The notes below the pieces were generated by a model. The model was not told the origin of the DNA. It saw nothing but the letters and a program-made list of their open reading frames with translations, and ran no database searches. From positions 4,189 to 68,188 of the forward strand of contig CAZKBI010000004.1 of assembly GCA_964551195.1 (NCBI GenBank): a stretch of 64,000 bases of DNA. Direction: 5' to 3'. Within the stretch, counting starts at the first letter, position 1, and every line of letters starts with the position of its first letter. The position numbers and the translations under genes are program-made. This DNA comes from an uncultured Bacillales bacterium (GTDB lineage Bacteria; Bacillota; Bacilli; Tepidibacillales; Tepidibacillaceae). This document shows, piece after piece, positions 10,064 through 19,596 of the stretch.

Positions 10064-10694
10064 TGCTCTCACCAATACTCTCGTTTAGGATATCTGTTAG
10101 TTGTTTGATTCGATTATGCTTAAAGCGATAACTTATTTTGTTGGAGATTAAGCGCACGCTTACGTCATACATATCCTCAATTACCTCAAGCCCATTCGCC
10201 CGCAAAGTATTACCCGTCTCCACTATATCGACGATCACATCGGAGAGACCAACTAGCGGCGCTAGCTCAACAGAACCACTTAAAAAAATAATCTCTGTTT
10301 TCTGATTTCTCTCTTCAAAATATTTTTTCGTCAGATGTGGATATTTCGTCGCAACTCTCAACACTTCATCTTTGTTGTAAAGTCGCTGTCCACTGCGACC
10401 GGCAATTGCTAACTGACAACGTCCAAAGCCAAAATCAAACAACTCATAAACCTCGCGGTCGTACTCGATAATCGAGTCACGCCCAACAATTCCTAGGTCA
10501 GTGATGCCATTTGCTACGTAGGTCACAACGTCAGCTGGTTTCACAAAAATATAGCTTATCCGCTGCTCTTCGTCGTTAAAAATTAATTTGCGGCTATTCA
10601 GATCGATTGGCTTGCCGAACTCCGCCGCAGCTAGAATTTTACTCGCTTGTTCAGCGATTCTCCCTTTGGAGAGTGCAATTGTTAGATATTCCAA
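10056..10694 (-). CDS. hisG: ATP phosphoribosyltransferase, short form
   Basis: 212 aa; LTIALSKGR aligns with the HisG N-terminus. The TTG start follows a GGGAGG RBS. The short form is consistent with the adjacent hisZ. Confidence 0.9.
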   Translation of the reverse strand: MEYLTIALSKGRIAEQASKILAAAEFGKPIDLNSRKLIFNDEEQRISYIFVKPADVVTYVANGITDLGIVGRDSIIEYDREVYELFDFGFGRCQLAIAGRSGQRLYNKDEVLRVATKYPHLTKKYFEERNQKTEIIFLSGSVELAPLVGLSDVIVDIVETGNTLRANGLEVIEDMYDVSVRLISNKISYRFKHNRIKQLTDILNESIGESND

Positions 10695-11653
10695 TTCGCG
10701 TCGCCTCCCTCTATCAGTGACCAGAGTAGTTTATCTAAATTGATAGAAAAACCGATTGCTGGTACACTTTTACCAAAAAGCGCGGTCAGCGAATCATAGC
10801 GACCACCACTTAAAATGTCATAGTTTGAATTGGGGAAATAACCCTTAAAGGTTACTCCGTCATAATAGTCAAGCTCGGTTATCATTGATAAATCAAGGTG
10901 AATATTATCAGTTGAACTATTCTGCGCAAAGGTTGTAGTCAAGGATTCAAGTTCTTTTAGAGCAGATCTCATTTCTTCGTTAAGACAGTGTTCCTTCGCG
11001 TCAACAAGTACAGTCTGTACATCGCCTTGCAAACTTAGAAGTGCTTTTAGCGCTTTGCTCGTCGCCGGTTCAAGTTCGATACTTGCAAAATATCTAGTAA
11101 GCTCTGGCTCATTTTTGCGTGCAAGCAGTTGTTTCAGTGTAGTAACCTGTTCCTGATCAGTAATCTCATTTAGCAGGCCACCTATGTACTTGCTGCTACC
11201 AAGTTCTAGTAAAAACCCTTGATTATATTTCTGTAAAAGCGTAAGCGCCAGCTCAATTACTTCGCGATCCGCGCTCAGTGATTCTTCGCCCAGATACTCG
11301 ATGCCCAGCTGCTTTCTCTCTTTAATGCTCATGTCGCGCCGGTTACGGTAAATGGTCGAATTGTAGAACAACTTTAACTTGCTCCCTACTTGCCAACGAG
11401 GAATCAAGCTTCTAAGAACGTTGATTGTCGTATCAGGCCGCAGAATCAGCACCTTGCCATTTCCACCGATTAATTTAACCAATTGTTTTTTGTTAATACC
11501 ACTGTTAACCGCGGTATAGCTATCATACTCTTCAAAAATGGGTGGCTCAATCTGTGTATAACCAGACAAGACAAATAGATCCTCCAACTCTTTTTTGAGA
11601 CGATATCTTAGTGCATTATATTCTAACTCATTTTTAATTGTTAAAAACTCCAT
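10682..11653 (-). CDS. hisZ: ATP phosphoribosyltransferase regulatory subunit (HisRS paralog)
   Basis: HisRS-like catalytic-core fold without an anticodon-binding domain, directly upstream of short hisG. The start is uncertain: ATG at 11653 or GTG at 11665. Confidence 0.8.
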   Translation of the reverse strand: MEFLTIKNELEYNALRYRLKKELEDLFVLSGYTQIEPPIFEEYDSYTAVNSGINKKQLVKLIGGNGKVLILRPDTTINVLRSLIPRWQVGSKLKLFYNSTIYRNRRDMSIKERKQLGIEYLGEESLSADREVIELALTLLQKYNQGFLLELGSSKYIGGLLNEITDQEQVTTLKQLLARKNEPELTRYFASIELEPATSKALKALLSLQGDVQTVLVDAKEHCLNEEMRSALKELESLTTTFAQNSSTDNIHLDLSMITELDYYDGVTFKGYFPNSNYDILSGGRYDSLTALFGKSVPAIGFSINLDKLLWSLIEGGDANWNI

Positions 11654-11687
11654 TTCTACACCCACTTTATTTGATTCTAGTCTGTTG

Positions 11688-13367
11688 TTACTTTTTATTT
11701 AGATCAAAGGAACTCTTTAAAGCAACGATACGATTAAATACTGGCTTCTCTTCAGTTGTTAATTTGCTATCTACTGCAAAGTATCCATGGCGGAAAAACT
11801 GAAAGCGGTCGCCTATTTTAGCGTTAATCATATTTGCCTCAATATAGCCTTGCTTAATCTCTATTGAATCATGGTTGAAGGAGTCTAAGATAGATTTCTC
11901 TTCAATCTCATGCTCCTCATCTTCCTCAATTACCTGATCAGTGACTATTTCACTATATAGACGGAACTCTGCTGGTATTGCACCACCGGCATCTAACCAA
12001 TGAATTGTGCCCTTAACCTTGCGTCCTGTAAACCCACTACCACTTTTGGTTTCTGGGTCGTAGGTGCAATGTAATTCAACAACTTCGCCCTTTTCATCCT
12101 TAATCACATCATTACATTTGATGAAATAGGCATTTCGTAAGCGAACCTCATTGCCCGGATAGAGGCGATAATATTTGCTTGGCGGATCCTCCATGAAATC
12201 TTCTCGTTCAATATAAATTTCACGAGAAAAGGGAATCTGACGACTTCCCATTTCAGGATTGTCGGGATTATTCTCAGCATCAAGCATCTCAATCTGTCCC
12301 TCTGGATAGTTGGTAATAACTACCTTCAGCGGGTCAAGCACGCTCATTGTCCGAGGAACAGTTAAACGCAGATCATCGCGAATAAAATGTTCGAGCATCC
12401 GCACATCAACCTCAGCATCATTTTTGGAAATACCAGTTTCGTGAACAAAATTATTTAAGGCATTAGGCGTAACACCTCGTCGTCTTAGTGCAGATATTGT
12501 ATAGATACGCGGGTCATCCCAACCGTCAACATAGCCATTATCGACAAGTAACTTGAGGTTTCTTTTGCCCATTATTGTATTGGAAATTGAGAGTTTACCG
12601 AACTCAATCTGTCGTGGCACATGTTCCATCTCACATTCAGCAACAACCCAGTCGTAAAGTGGACGATGGTCTTCAAATTCAATTGTACAGAGGGAATGAG
12701 TAATCCCCTCAATCGCATCCTCTAGCGGATGGGCGAAATCATACATCGGATAAATTACCCACTTGTCGCCGGTATTGTGATGCTCGGCATGTGCAATCCG
12801 ATACAGGACTGGATCACGCAGATAAAGATTGGGAGAGGACATATCGATTTTGGCGCGAAGTACTTTTTCGCCATCAGTAAACTTACCTTTGCGCATCTTT
12901 TCAAAAAGATCTAAATTTTCCTCAATTGAGCGGCTGCGATAAGGGCTCTCCACACCCGGCTTCGTATAACCACCACGATATTCGCGAATTGCCTCAGCAC
13001 TTAAATCGCAGACAAAGGCCTTGTCTTTCTTGATTAATAGCACTGCTCGATTGTACATCTCTTCAAAATAATCGGATGCAAAAAAGAGGTTGTCCCACTT
13101 GAAACCTAACCAAGCGACATCCTCCTTAATCGCTTCGACGTATTCATCATCCTCTTTTAGTGGATTGGTATCGTCAAAACGCAGGTTAGTTATGCCGTTA
13201 AACTGAGCAGCTAGCCCAAAGTTAATATTGATCGATTTAACGTGCCCAATGTGCAGATAACCATTCGGCTCAGGTGGAAAACGAGTGATAATCTGCTCGT
13301 GTTTCCCTGTTTCTAAATCCTCAATCATAATATTTCTAATAAAGTTAGAGCTTTGATTTGTTTCCAT
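11688..13367 (-). CDS. glnS: Glutamine--tRNA ligase
   Basis: 559 aa with class I motifs ([11 protein letters not shown] and a KMSKS-like MGKRN region) and a GlnRS-type C-terminal beta-barrel pattern. An AAAGGTGA RBS precedes the start. Confidence 0.9.
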   Translation of the reverse strand: METNQSSNFIRNIMIEDLETGKHEQIITRFPPEPNGYLHIGHVKSININFGLAAQFNGITNLRFDDTNPLKEDDEYVEAIKEDVAWLGFKWDNLFFASDYFEEMYNRAVLLIKKDKAFVCDLSAEAIREYRGGYTKPGVESPYRSRSIEENLDLFEKMRKGKFTDGEKVLRAKIDMSSPNLYLRDPVLYRIAHAEHHNTGDKWVIYPMYDFAHPLEDAIEGITHSLCTIEFEDHRPLYDWVVAECEMEHVPRQIEFGKLSISNTIMGKRNLKLLVDNGYVDGWDDPRIYTISALRRRGVTPNALNNFVHETGISKNDAEVDVRMLEHFIRDDLRLTVPRTMSVLDPLKVVITNYPEGQIEMLDAENNPDNPEMGSRQIPFSREIYIEREDFMEDPPSKYYRLYPGNEVRLRNAYFIKCNDVIKDEKGEVVELHCTYDPETKSGSGFTGRKVKGTIHWLDAGGAIPAEFRLYSEIVTDQVIEEDEEHEIEEKSILDSFNHDSIEIKQGYIEANMINAKIGDRFQFFRHGYFAVDSKLTTEEKPVFNRIVALKSSFDLNKK

Positions 13368-13473
13368 CGTTTAATGTCACCTTTTCAGCAATACTTAATT
13401 AATAAACTATATCACAGAAAACAGCCATATTCCATATATAGAGCCAGATACTATCATAGTGAGAGGCTATTTT

Positions 13474-14388
13474 TTATTTTCGACGATTAGGTCCATTAAC
13501 TAAATAAGCATCAGTATAGTGACGAATTCTTTCCATAATTCGCTTGGCTTTAAGAACTTCTTCGCCACCTTTGCTTGAATACGCTAGGTGCGTTTCTAAA
13601 GCATCGTAATCCAGATTAGAACTATAAATTGTTGGTAAGCCTTTTACCATACGTGCTTGTAAGATTGCTCCTAGTATCTCGTCGCGCTCCCACTGAGAGA
13701 TTGACTCTGCCCCAATATCATCAAGGATGAGAACCTCGATATTCTTGAGCGCCTCAATCTTCTGGTGTAGGCTGTCATCTCCAATCGATTGTTTGATATC
13801 GCGGAAAAAATCTGGTAGGTAAACCATTAGCGTAGCAACATCTCGCTCCGCAAGTTTCCTTGCTAGAGCGACGAGCATATAACTTTTGCCAACACCGAGC
13901 GGCCCGTAGAGGTAAATACCGCGCTGCTTCTTCCCCTTTTCATAAACCGTAACAAATCGTAAGAGAGCTTCATACGCATCAAGTCTTCCGCCTGTCGGAT
14001 CGAAGTTATTAAAGGTGGCATCATAAAGGTCGTCGGGTATATGCTGACCTCTAAAAAGTCGATTCTTATAATCAGCATTCTCCTTCGTCTCCTGTTTGCT
14101 ACATTTATCAAGATAAGAGTAGAATTGCTTACTATATCTAATCGCAGTAAAGTGACCGGCAAAAAGGTTGGGGCACTCCATTATGCCAGGACAACTAAGA
14201 CAATTGTCTCTTTCCTCCATATATTGAAAGAGTGTCGCAAGAGCTGGACGCAAGCTCTCTTCAGGGATTTCCTGCTTGCTAATCATTGCGGCTAGTTCCT
14301 CATCTTGATAGATTCGCTGCAGCAAGCGCTCCTGTTCTTGCTCAATGCCAGGCATCATTTCACTAATAATATCTTTAAGGCTTTTCAT
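13474..14388 (-). CDS. dnaI: Primosomal protein DnaI (helicase loader)
   Basis: Has an N-terminal Cys-rich zinc module (CLSCPGIMECPN) and an AAA+ Walker A (GPLGVGKSYM) and Walker B (LILDDIG). Same neighbourhood as B. subtilis dnaB-dnaI. Confidence 0.85.
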   Translation of the reverse strand: MKSLKDIISEMMPGIEQEQERLLQRIYQDEELAAMISKQEIPEESLRPALATLFQYMEERDNCLSCPGIMECPNLFAGHFTAIRYSKQFYSYLDKCSKQETKENADYKNRLFRGQHIPDDLYDATFNNFDPTGGRLDAYEALLRFVTVYEKGKKQRGIYLYGPLGVGKSYMLVALARKLAERDVATLMVYLPDFFRDIKQSIGDDSLHQKIEALKNIEVLILDDIGAESISQWERDEILGAILQARMVKGLPTIYSSNLDYDALETHLAYSSKGGEEVLKAKRIMERIRHYTDAYLVNGPNRRK

Positions 14389-14408
14389 TTAATCCGCTCC
14401 TCACCTAA

Positions 14409-14837
14409 CTAAACTTTCTCATTTAAAAATTCCTTAACCCGCTCGTAAAAATATGGTTGAATATCTGGATAACTTAAGTTATTTGGTAGCCTATCATGTA
14501 GCTGACATTGCGCTATTTCTGATTCTGGTAATTCGCCCATGCGATGAACTTCAGCAAAAAAGAGCTGACCATAACCTATTTTACCATCTTCTAAGACGCT
14601 GTAACCGTTGACAGATAGTAGCTCACAATTAACCATTCCTGTTTCCTCGTGTAGTTCTCGTAGGGCAGCAGCGAAAGTTGTTTCATCGGATTCAAGGTGC
14701 CCCGCTGGAAGTGACCAGCTACTTTGCCCCTTTTCACGAACAAATATCCACTTACCAAGGTAACGAGCAAGGATAATAACATAGGTTACCTGCTCAATCT
14801 TGATTTCTTCTGCTGGATAGAACTCTACCTCGACCAT
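14409..14837 (-). CDS. NUDIX hydrolase
   Basis: Nudix box GHLESDETTFAAALRELHEETG. Confidence 0.85.
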   Translation of the reverse strand: MVEVEFYPAEEIKIEQVTYVIILARYLGKWIFVREKGQSSWSLPAGHLESDETTFAAALRELHEETGMVNCELLSVNGYSVLEDGKIGYGQLFFAEVHRMGELPESEIAQCQLHDRLPNNLSYPDIQPYFYERVKEFLNEKV

Positions 14838-14852
14838 CAGTTACACCTACCA

Positions 14853-15806
14853 TTATTCTGTCGATTCCTTTATAATGTTCGCCACACCAAAGGGAACATG
14901 AACAGAAGGAAATTGCGTCGCCACCCCTTCAATATGCCCTACTTGATCATCAAAAAAGATATGTGGCTTAAAAACCTTAAGAACACTATATTTGTCGATA
15001 CCTCCCAAGAAGAAGGCCTCATCCACCATAATATCCAAACGACGGAGCGTGGTAATCACTCGCTCATGTGCCGGTGCGTTGCGCGCGGTGGCAATCGCGA
15101 TTCTAATTTTCGGTTTATAGTTACTATCCTTGCTGTGTTTCTCTAGTTCGCGCTTTTGTAGGTTAGAAATCTCTTTAAAAAAACGTGCCAGCGGACCTGG
15201 CGGCAGTGGTGATGCCGCTAGGTCTCTCTCGTGTTTATTAAAACCTTCAAGTTTTTCTGTTTTAAAAATTGTTTCTGCTGAATCATCAGCAATTATTCCA
15301 TCAAAATCAAAAGCAATTCTCAGCTCTTGATCATCCTCATCATCAACATAGCTAGATGGATAGATTGTACCAGCAGGAAAACCGTGTTTAACAGCTTCCT
15401 TGACATCCCCAGTGTTACCAGATAGAAATAGCGAAGCGTTAAAAGAGTCCATATAAGGAAAAGGGTTGTTACCAGCTACAAAAACAGCACGTATAATTGG
15501 TAATCCATAATGTTCAATCGATTTAAAGACGCGCAAACCAGTATCCGGGTCATTGCGAGAAAGCAGAATAACCTCAACCGGTCGTGCTTCTGGGTCAATT
15601 CTTAAAAGCCTCGCAATCAATGGAAATGCAACCCCACGTTTAAGAGTCACATCTTCATTTTCTCGCTGATAGATGCGATATTCATTTTCACCCTGCTCAC
15701 GAAAAACTTGATCCGCTTCCGTTAAATCGAAAAGTGCACTGGAGGCAACAGCGATTACCAATTTGTTTGTAAGATTATACTTCATTTTCATTAACCACAC
15801 TTTCAT
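14853..15806 (-). CDS. 5'-nucleotidase family protein (cN-I-like, HAD-type C-terminal half)
   Basis: The pattern VIAVASSALFDL ... LLSRNDPDTGLRVF ... RIAFDFDG ... ATARNAPAHERVITTLR ... FFLGG ... HIFFDDQ matches my recollection of the bacterial 5'-nucleotidase family (Pfam 5_nucleotid). The start codon is uncertain (15806, 15791 or 15785). Confidence 0.7.
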   Translation of the reverse strand: MKVWLMKMKYNLTNKLVIAVASSALFDLTEADQVFREQGENEYRIYQRENEDVTLKRGVAFPLIARLLRIDPEARPVEVILLSRNDPDTGLRVFKSIEHYGLPIIRAVFVAGNNPFPYMDSFNASLFLSGNTGDVKEAVKHGFPAGTIYPSSYVDDEDDQELRIAFDFDGIIADDSAETIFKTEKLEGFNKHERDLAASPLPPGPLARFFKEISNLQKRELEKHSKDSNYKPKIRIAIATARNAPAHERVITTLRRLDIMVDEAFFLGGIDKYSVLKVFKPHIFFDDQVGHIEGVATQFPSVHVPFGVANIIKESTE

Positions 15807-15828
15807 TATTTATACTAGTTTGTTTGTG

Positions 15829-17256
15829 CTAGCTTAATCCCTTTAGCAGTCGTTCAATCTCTGCCAGGCGTTCTGGGTCTAATGGTTCTTCTGCCGTCTT
15901 ATCTGATCCTTTGTGATATCGCTCATCCTGTTGGACAATATAGTCTGGAAGTTGTCCACCTTTACCTCTCTGAGCTCTTTTATTTGCAGTTCCACTGCTC
16001 TTAGGCGTTTTGTCAGTCGACCAATCGAGATAAATTTGATGCTCCTTTTTAGCAGCATCCATAGCTTGCGCCGCTGTTGTTAATTTAAGTCGTTTCCAGT
16101 GGCCTGCAATCTTCTCAATAAGATTACGCGGCAGCTTATAATCATTCGTCAGCATGATGTATTCAAGTAAGACGTTCGTAACTGCTGGTAAAAGTTGATA
16201 CTCATATAATAAGCTATCAATAATTTTAAGATCAGCATTTGCAATCATTCCTTTGCCCTGATACTGCTGAATCAATTGAATTGGGGAGTAGTTTTCAAGG
16301 ACTTGCAGATGGCGCTCGGCTTTAGTGAGATTAATATCGGTCGAATCTGCAGCGCCTACAATCTTCTGATCTGACTCCCGAGCCCCTTCTTTAGACGAGA
16401 TTGTAAGCTTCTTGCCACTCGCTTGAAATTTCTCCAACGCACGTTCTCGTAGTAGTTTCTCGTCTATAATTCCATCGCCATTATAAATGTAATGATCGTT
16501 TAGTAGGGTTGCTAGTTCGAAATCTGTAAATTGATATAAAAAGGCTAACTCATTTAATTTGGCAATCAATTTATCATCTAAACTTCTTTCAACGCTATGT
16601 AGATTACTAACCAGTCCTTTAATGAGTTCGATGTCTAAGTAATTTTCCTGTAACTTAATCGCGGAATTTTTCAATTGGTCCGGTCGAAAATTAGATAAAT
16701 TATCTGATTTTGTTAGTGATTGAAGATCACCTTTTGTCATATGTCCAAAAACCTCATCGAATGATCTGGTAATATCTGACTGCAGTAGGTATTCCCCTTT
16801 CGCCCAATCATAGTTGTCGGCATACTTTTCCCTGATAGTGAGATAACTTTTCTCCCCTATTCGGTTATAAAGTAGGAGACTAAGCACATCACTACTGAAA
16901 AAACTAGTGCCACTTAAAGGCTCAAGCAAACCATATTCGAAAAGATATTTATCATCATCAACTTTTTTATAGCAGCGAGTTTGTAATAGACCTACCGCCT
17001 CTAAAGTGTGCCTAGCTTTAATTAGAGCGGGAAATGAAAGATTACTTGCAGTGACTAAATGCCGGTGTAATCTGGCATCTTTGATTGTAATATTAGTCGC
17101 TTTTGCACAATTATGTAAAGTAAGGTAAAGGTTGACGGCTTCAACACCAATAATTGGTTGATACAAGTCTAACAGAACTGAAAAATCAAATGTGAGGTGT
17201 GCTCCAGTAACTAAATAAGCATCTTGTGGCGTTATTTCCTTATAATCAGCAAGCAT
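15829..17256 (-). CDS. dnaB: Replication initiation and membrane attachment protein (Bacillus-type DnaB, DnaD-domain family; not the helicase)
   Basis: About 475 aa, located between nrdR and dnaI as in B. subtilis. Has a DnaB_2/DnaD-like C-terminal region (KLPRNLIEKIAGHWKR). I placed the start at the ATG at 17256, behind a GGAGGAGGA RBS; the track GTG start translates the RBS. Confidence 0.7.
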   Translation of the reverse strand: MLADYKEITPQDAYLVTGAHLTFDFSVLLDLYQPIIGVEAVNLYLTLHNCAKATNITIKDARLHRHLVTASNLSFPALIKARHTLEAVGLLQTRCYKKVDDDKYLFEYGLLEPLSGTSFFSSDVLSLLLYNRIGEKSYLTIREKYADNYDWAKGEYLLQSDITRSFDEVFGHMTKGDLQSLTKSDNLSNFRPDQLKNSAIKLQENYLDIELIKGLVSNLHSVERSLDDKLIAKLNELAFLYQFTDFELATLLNDHYIYNGDGIIDEKLLRERALEKFQASGKKLTISSKEGARESDQKIVGAADSTDINLTKAERHLQVLENYSPIQLIQQYQGKGMIANADLKIIDSLLYEYQLLPAVTNVLLEYIMLTNDYKLPRNLIEKIAGHWKRLKLTTAAQAMDAAKKEHQIYLDWSTDKTPKSSGTANKRAQRGKGGQLPDYIVQQDERYHKGSDKTAEEPLDPERLAEIERLLKGLS

Positions 17257-17389
17257 TAGACTTCCTCCTCCCTCACTCACCTATTTACGATTTTCTTCTT
17301 AATTGGCAAAATAGTGTATCTACATTTTACCACAGTAAAATAAGAAATGCCCTGCAATTTTGCAGGGCATCTAGTATTTTTACTTGCTC

Positions 17390-18907
17390 TTATTTCGCCT
17401 TAGCATAATACCACCAGTTAGCGATGTCATTATAAGGTGTAAGACTATTCTTGATACTAATCTGATATTGCGGTTTAGCAAGCAGGATTGTATCAAGTGT
17501 TAACAGTGGCACAATATAATGTTGTGCGCCAAAATGTGTTTGCCACTCTTGATATTTGACCATAGCCTGCTTAGATTCAATGATAGTCTTTGCTTCGTTT
17601 AAAAGTTTATCCGATATTTCATCATTTAAATGAATTACATTATAACCATTATTTAATACATCATTTCTGGCAAGCCATTTATAATTTTCTTTCGTCAGGT
17701 TGAGTTCGAAATTGTTGCTTGCCAGAAATAATTCGTATTCACCCTTGGAATAAAGTGCTGCAACAAAATCTTTGTTTGCGATCGGTTTCAACTTAAGAGT
17801 GACCCCATTTGCTGCAAAATCTGCAGCAATTTTTTCCGCAATGAGTTGATAGAGCGCAGTATCAGCGTAGGCTAACTCTAATGATAGATCGCTTCCACTT
17901 AAATTAGCTTTGCTATCGCGAGCGGATAGATAATTAAAGCTCTTCTGATATAGCCAGGAATCCTGATGCACAATAGATAGTGGACGCTCAGCGTGTCCCG
18001 CAAATTTATTGGTAATCAATTCATCAACTTTAATTACTGAAGCGAGTGATTCTCTTATCACTTTATCTGTTAGTTTGTCGGAGTTCATATTAAAGCCTAA
18101 ATAAATATAGTTGGCACCAGCTAGGTCGTAGACCTTGCTTTTAGCAAAAAGTTCATTCTTAACATCAGTCGGCGTTGCATAGAAAGCGCCAGCGTTTGCT
18201 TTGTCAGAAGATGTGCTTAAACTGATTCGATCAAGAAAAACTTGCTCGCCGTAGTTTTCGTTTCGCACTAGCTCTAGGCCATTCTCATTTACCACATCGA
18301 TACGAAATGGACCGCTCGCTAATGGCTGCCCTGAGCTACTTTTCTTGCTAGAAACAAGAGGTGCTGTCAGAAATTCTATGTCGTTATAACTTAGCTTTTC
18401 AAAATTAAAGGTAATAACATTAGTCTCTTCATCAAGTTCAATACCGGAAATGTGGTCTGCCTTTTTAGTTCTAAATTTATCTGTTCCTATAAGGTTAAAT
18501 GATAAATCTTTCCAAACGCCATGGTAGTTAGTTCCGCTATATTGTTCGAAGCTATAGAGAATGTCTTCATAAGTAATCGTGCTACCGTCTTCCCATTTAA
18601 CTCCTTCTTTTAACTTGAATTTAACTTGGTTGTTCTCAATGTTGGCTGTAAGTTCTTCTGCGAGATCTCCGACAATCTTAAAATTATCATTATATTTAAA
18701 AAGTCCACGATAGATTGCTGCTTGAAAATTATTAATGGGTAGTTCCTCACCCATGATTTGTAGCGGATCATAATAAATATTCTCTAGCATGAAGCTTAAC
18801 TCTCCACCCTCAAGAGGTGCTAAATCATCTGGCTCCTTCTCTGTCAGATTGCATCCAGTTAAGACTAATGCCAATACAAGTAAAATTAGTAGTATGGTTT
18901 TTTTCAA
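17390..18907 (-). CDS. Family-5 (peptide/nickel type) ABC substrate-binding lipoprotein, orphan
   Basis: Signal peptide with lipobox LVLTGC. Has the canonical SBP_bac_5 order (KFKLKEGVKWEDGSTITYEDILYSF near the N-terminus). No permease or ATPase genes are adjacent. Confidence 0.8.
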   Translation of the reverse strand: MKKTILLILLVLALVLTGCNLTEKEPDDLAPLEGGELSFMLENIYYDPLQIMGEELPINNFQAAIYRGLFKYNDNFKIVGDLAEELTANIENNQVKFKLKEGVKWEDGSTITYEDILYSFEQYSGTNYHGVWKDLSFNLIGTDKFRTKKADHISGIELDEETNVITFNFEKLSYNDIEFLTAPLVSSKKSSSGQPLASGPFRIDVVNENGLELVRNENYGEQVFLDRISLSTSSDKANAGAFYATPTDVKNELFAKSKVYDLAGANYIYLGFNMNSDKLTDKVIRESLASVIKVDELITNKFAGHAERPLSIVHQDSWLYQKSFNYLSARDSKANLSGSDLSLELAYADTALYQLIAEKIAADFAANGVTLKLKPIANKDFVAALYSKGEYELFLASNNFELNLTKENYKWLARNDVLNNGYNVIHLNDEISDKLLNEAKTIIESKQAMVKYQEWQTHFGAQHYIVPLLTLDTILLAKPQYQISIKNSLTPYNDIANWWYYAKAK

Positions 18908-18924
18908 AAGTTGATCCCCCTATG

Positions 18925-19377
18925 CTATTTATCAAACAAATTTGAAATTTCATCAATAAATACATTAATATCTTTAAATTGCCGATAGACTGAAGCAAAA
19001 CGAACATATGAAATCTCATCAACTTGATATAATCGCTCCATGACCATTTCGCCAATCTCTTTGCTCTCAACCTCAGAAACTAAGTCATTCCTCAGTTCGC
19101 GTTCAACTTCTTCAACGATGTTATCAAGTGTATCCATCGAAACCGGCCTTTTTTCGCACGCTCGAATTAGACCGCGCAAAATTTTGTCGCCAGAGAACTC
19201 CTCACGCGTGCCATCCTTTTTAATTACCAGAATAGGTGCCTTTTCAACCTCTTCATAGGTATTAAAGCGTTTAACGCAAGATTCGCACTCTCTTCTTCGC
19301 CTGATTGATTTACCATCCTTAACTGGACGAGAATCGATCACCCTAGTTCCCATGTAATTACAGTATGGACATCTCAT
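18925..19377 (-). CDS. nrdR: Transcriptional repressor NrdR
   Basis: [18 protein letters not shown] zinc ribbon plus an ATP-cone. I placed the start at the ATG at 19377; the track start is a TTG two codons upstream. Confidence 0.95.
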   Translation of the reverse strand: MRCPYCNYMGTRVIDSRPVKDGKSIRRRRECESCVKRFNTYEEVEKAPILVIKKDGTREEFSGDKILRGLIRACEKRPVSMDTLDNIVEEVERELRNDLVSEVESKEIGEMVMERLYQVDEISYVRFASVYRQFKDINVFIDEISNLFDK

Positions 19378-19416
19378 TTTCAACGCATCCTTTATAATAT
19401 TAAGTTATCACTATAT

Positions 19417-19445
19417 ATAATCTCTTAGAAAAAGAAAAAGGTCAA
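19417..19445 (-). promoter_or_regulatory. Candidate nrdR promoter
   Basis: Minus strand: TTGACC (19445-19440), a 17-nt spacer, then GATTAT (19422-19417). An NrdR-box-like sequence overlaps the -10. Confidence 0.4.
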
Positions 19446-19596
19446 GCAATTCTTAAGCGTGCCAATTGTACTTTGAAATCAAAATATTTACCTTGAATAT
19501 TATTTTTTTTATAATAACATTAGATTATAGTTTTACAATTGTACAAAATCATTTTGTAGTAGTTTTAGATACTCAGTTCATACTGGAGGAAAATAT

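Noticed and set aside
13368-13473. Possible T-box or attenuator upstream of glnS and the his operon
   Set aside because: The region is only 106 nt. It has no GGGTGGNACCGCG-type T-box sequence and no strong terminator/antiterminator pair.
14724-15146. 140-aa plus-strand ORF spanning the NUDIX / 5'-nucleotidase junction
   Set aside because: It overlaps two supported minus-strand genes and has no RBS or recognisable motif.
19534-19543. Palindrome TACAATTGTA and a second AATTGTAC copy (about 19464) upstream of the Na/Pi cotransporter, considered as Pho boxes
   Set aside because: It does not fit the TTAACA-N5 direct-repeat PhoP pattern. I also could not place a convincing -35/-10 relative to it, so support is insufficient.
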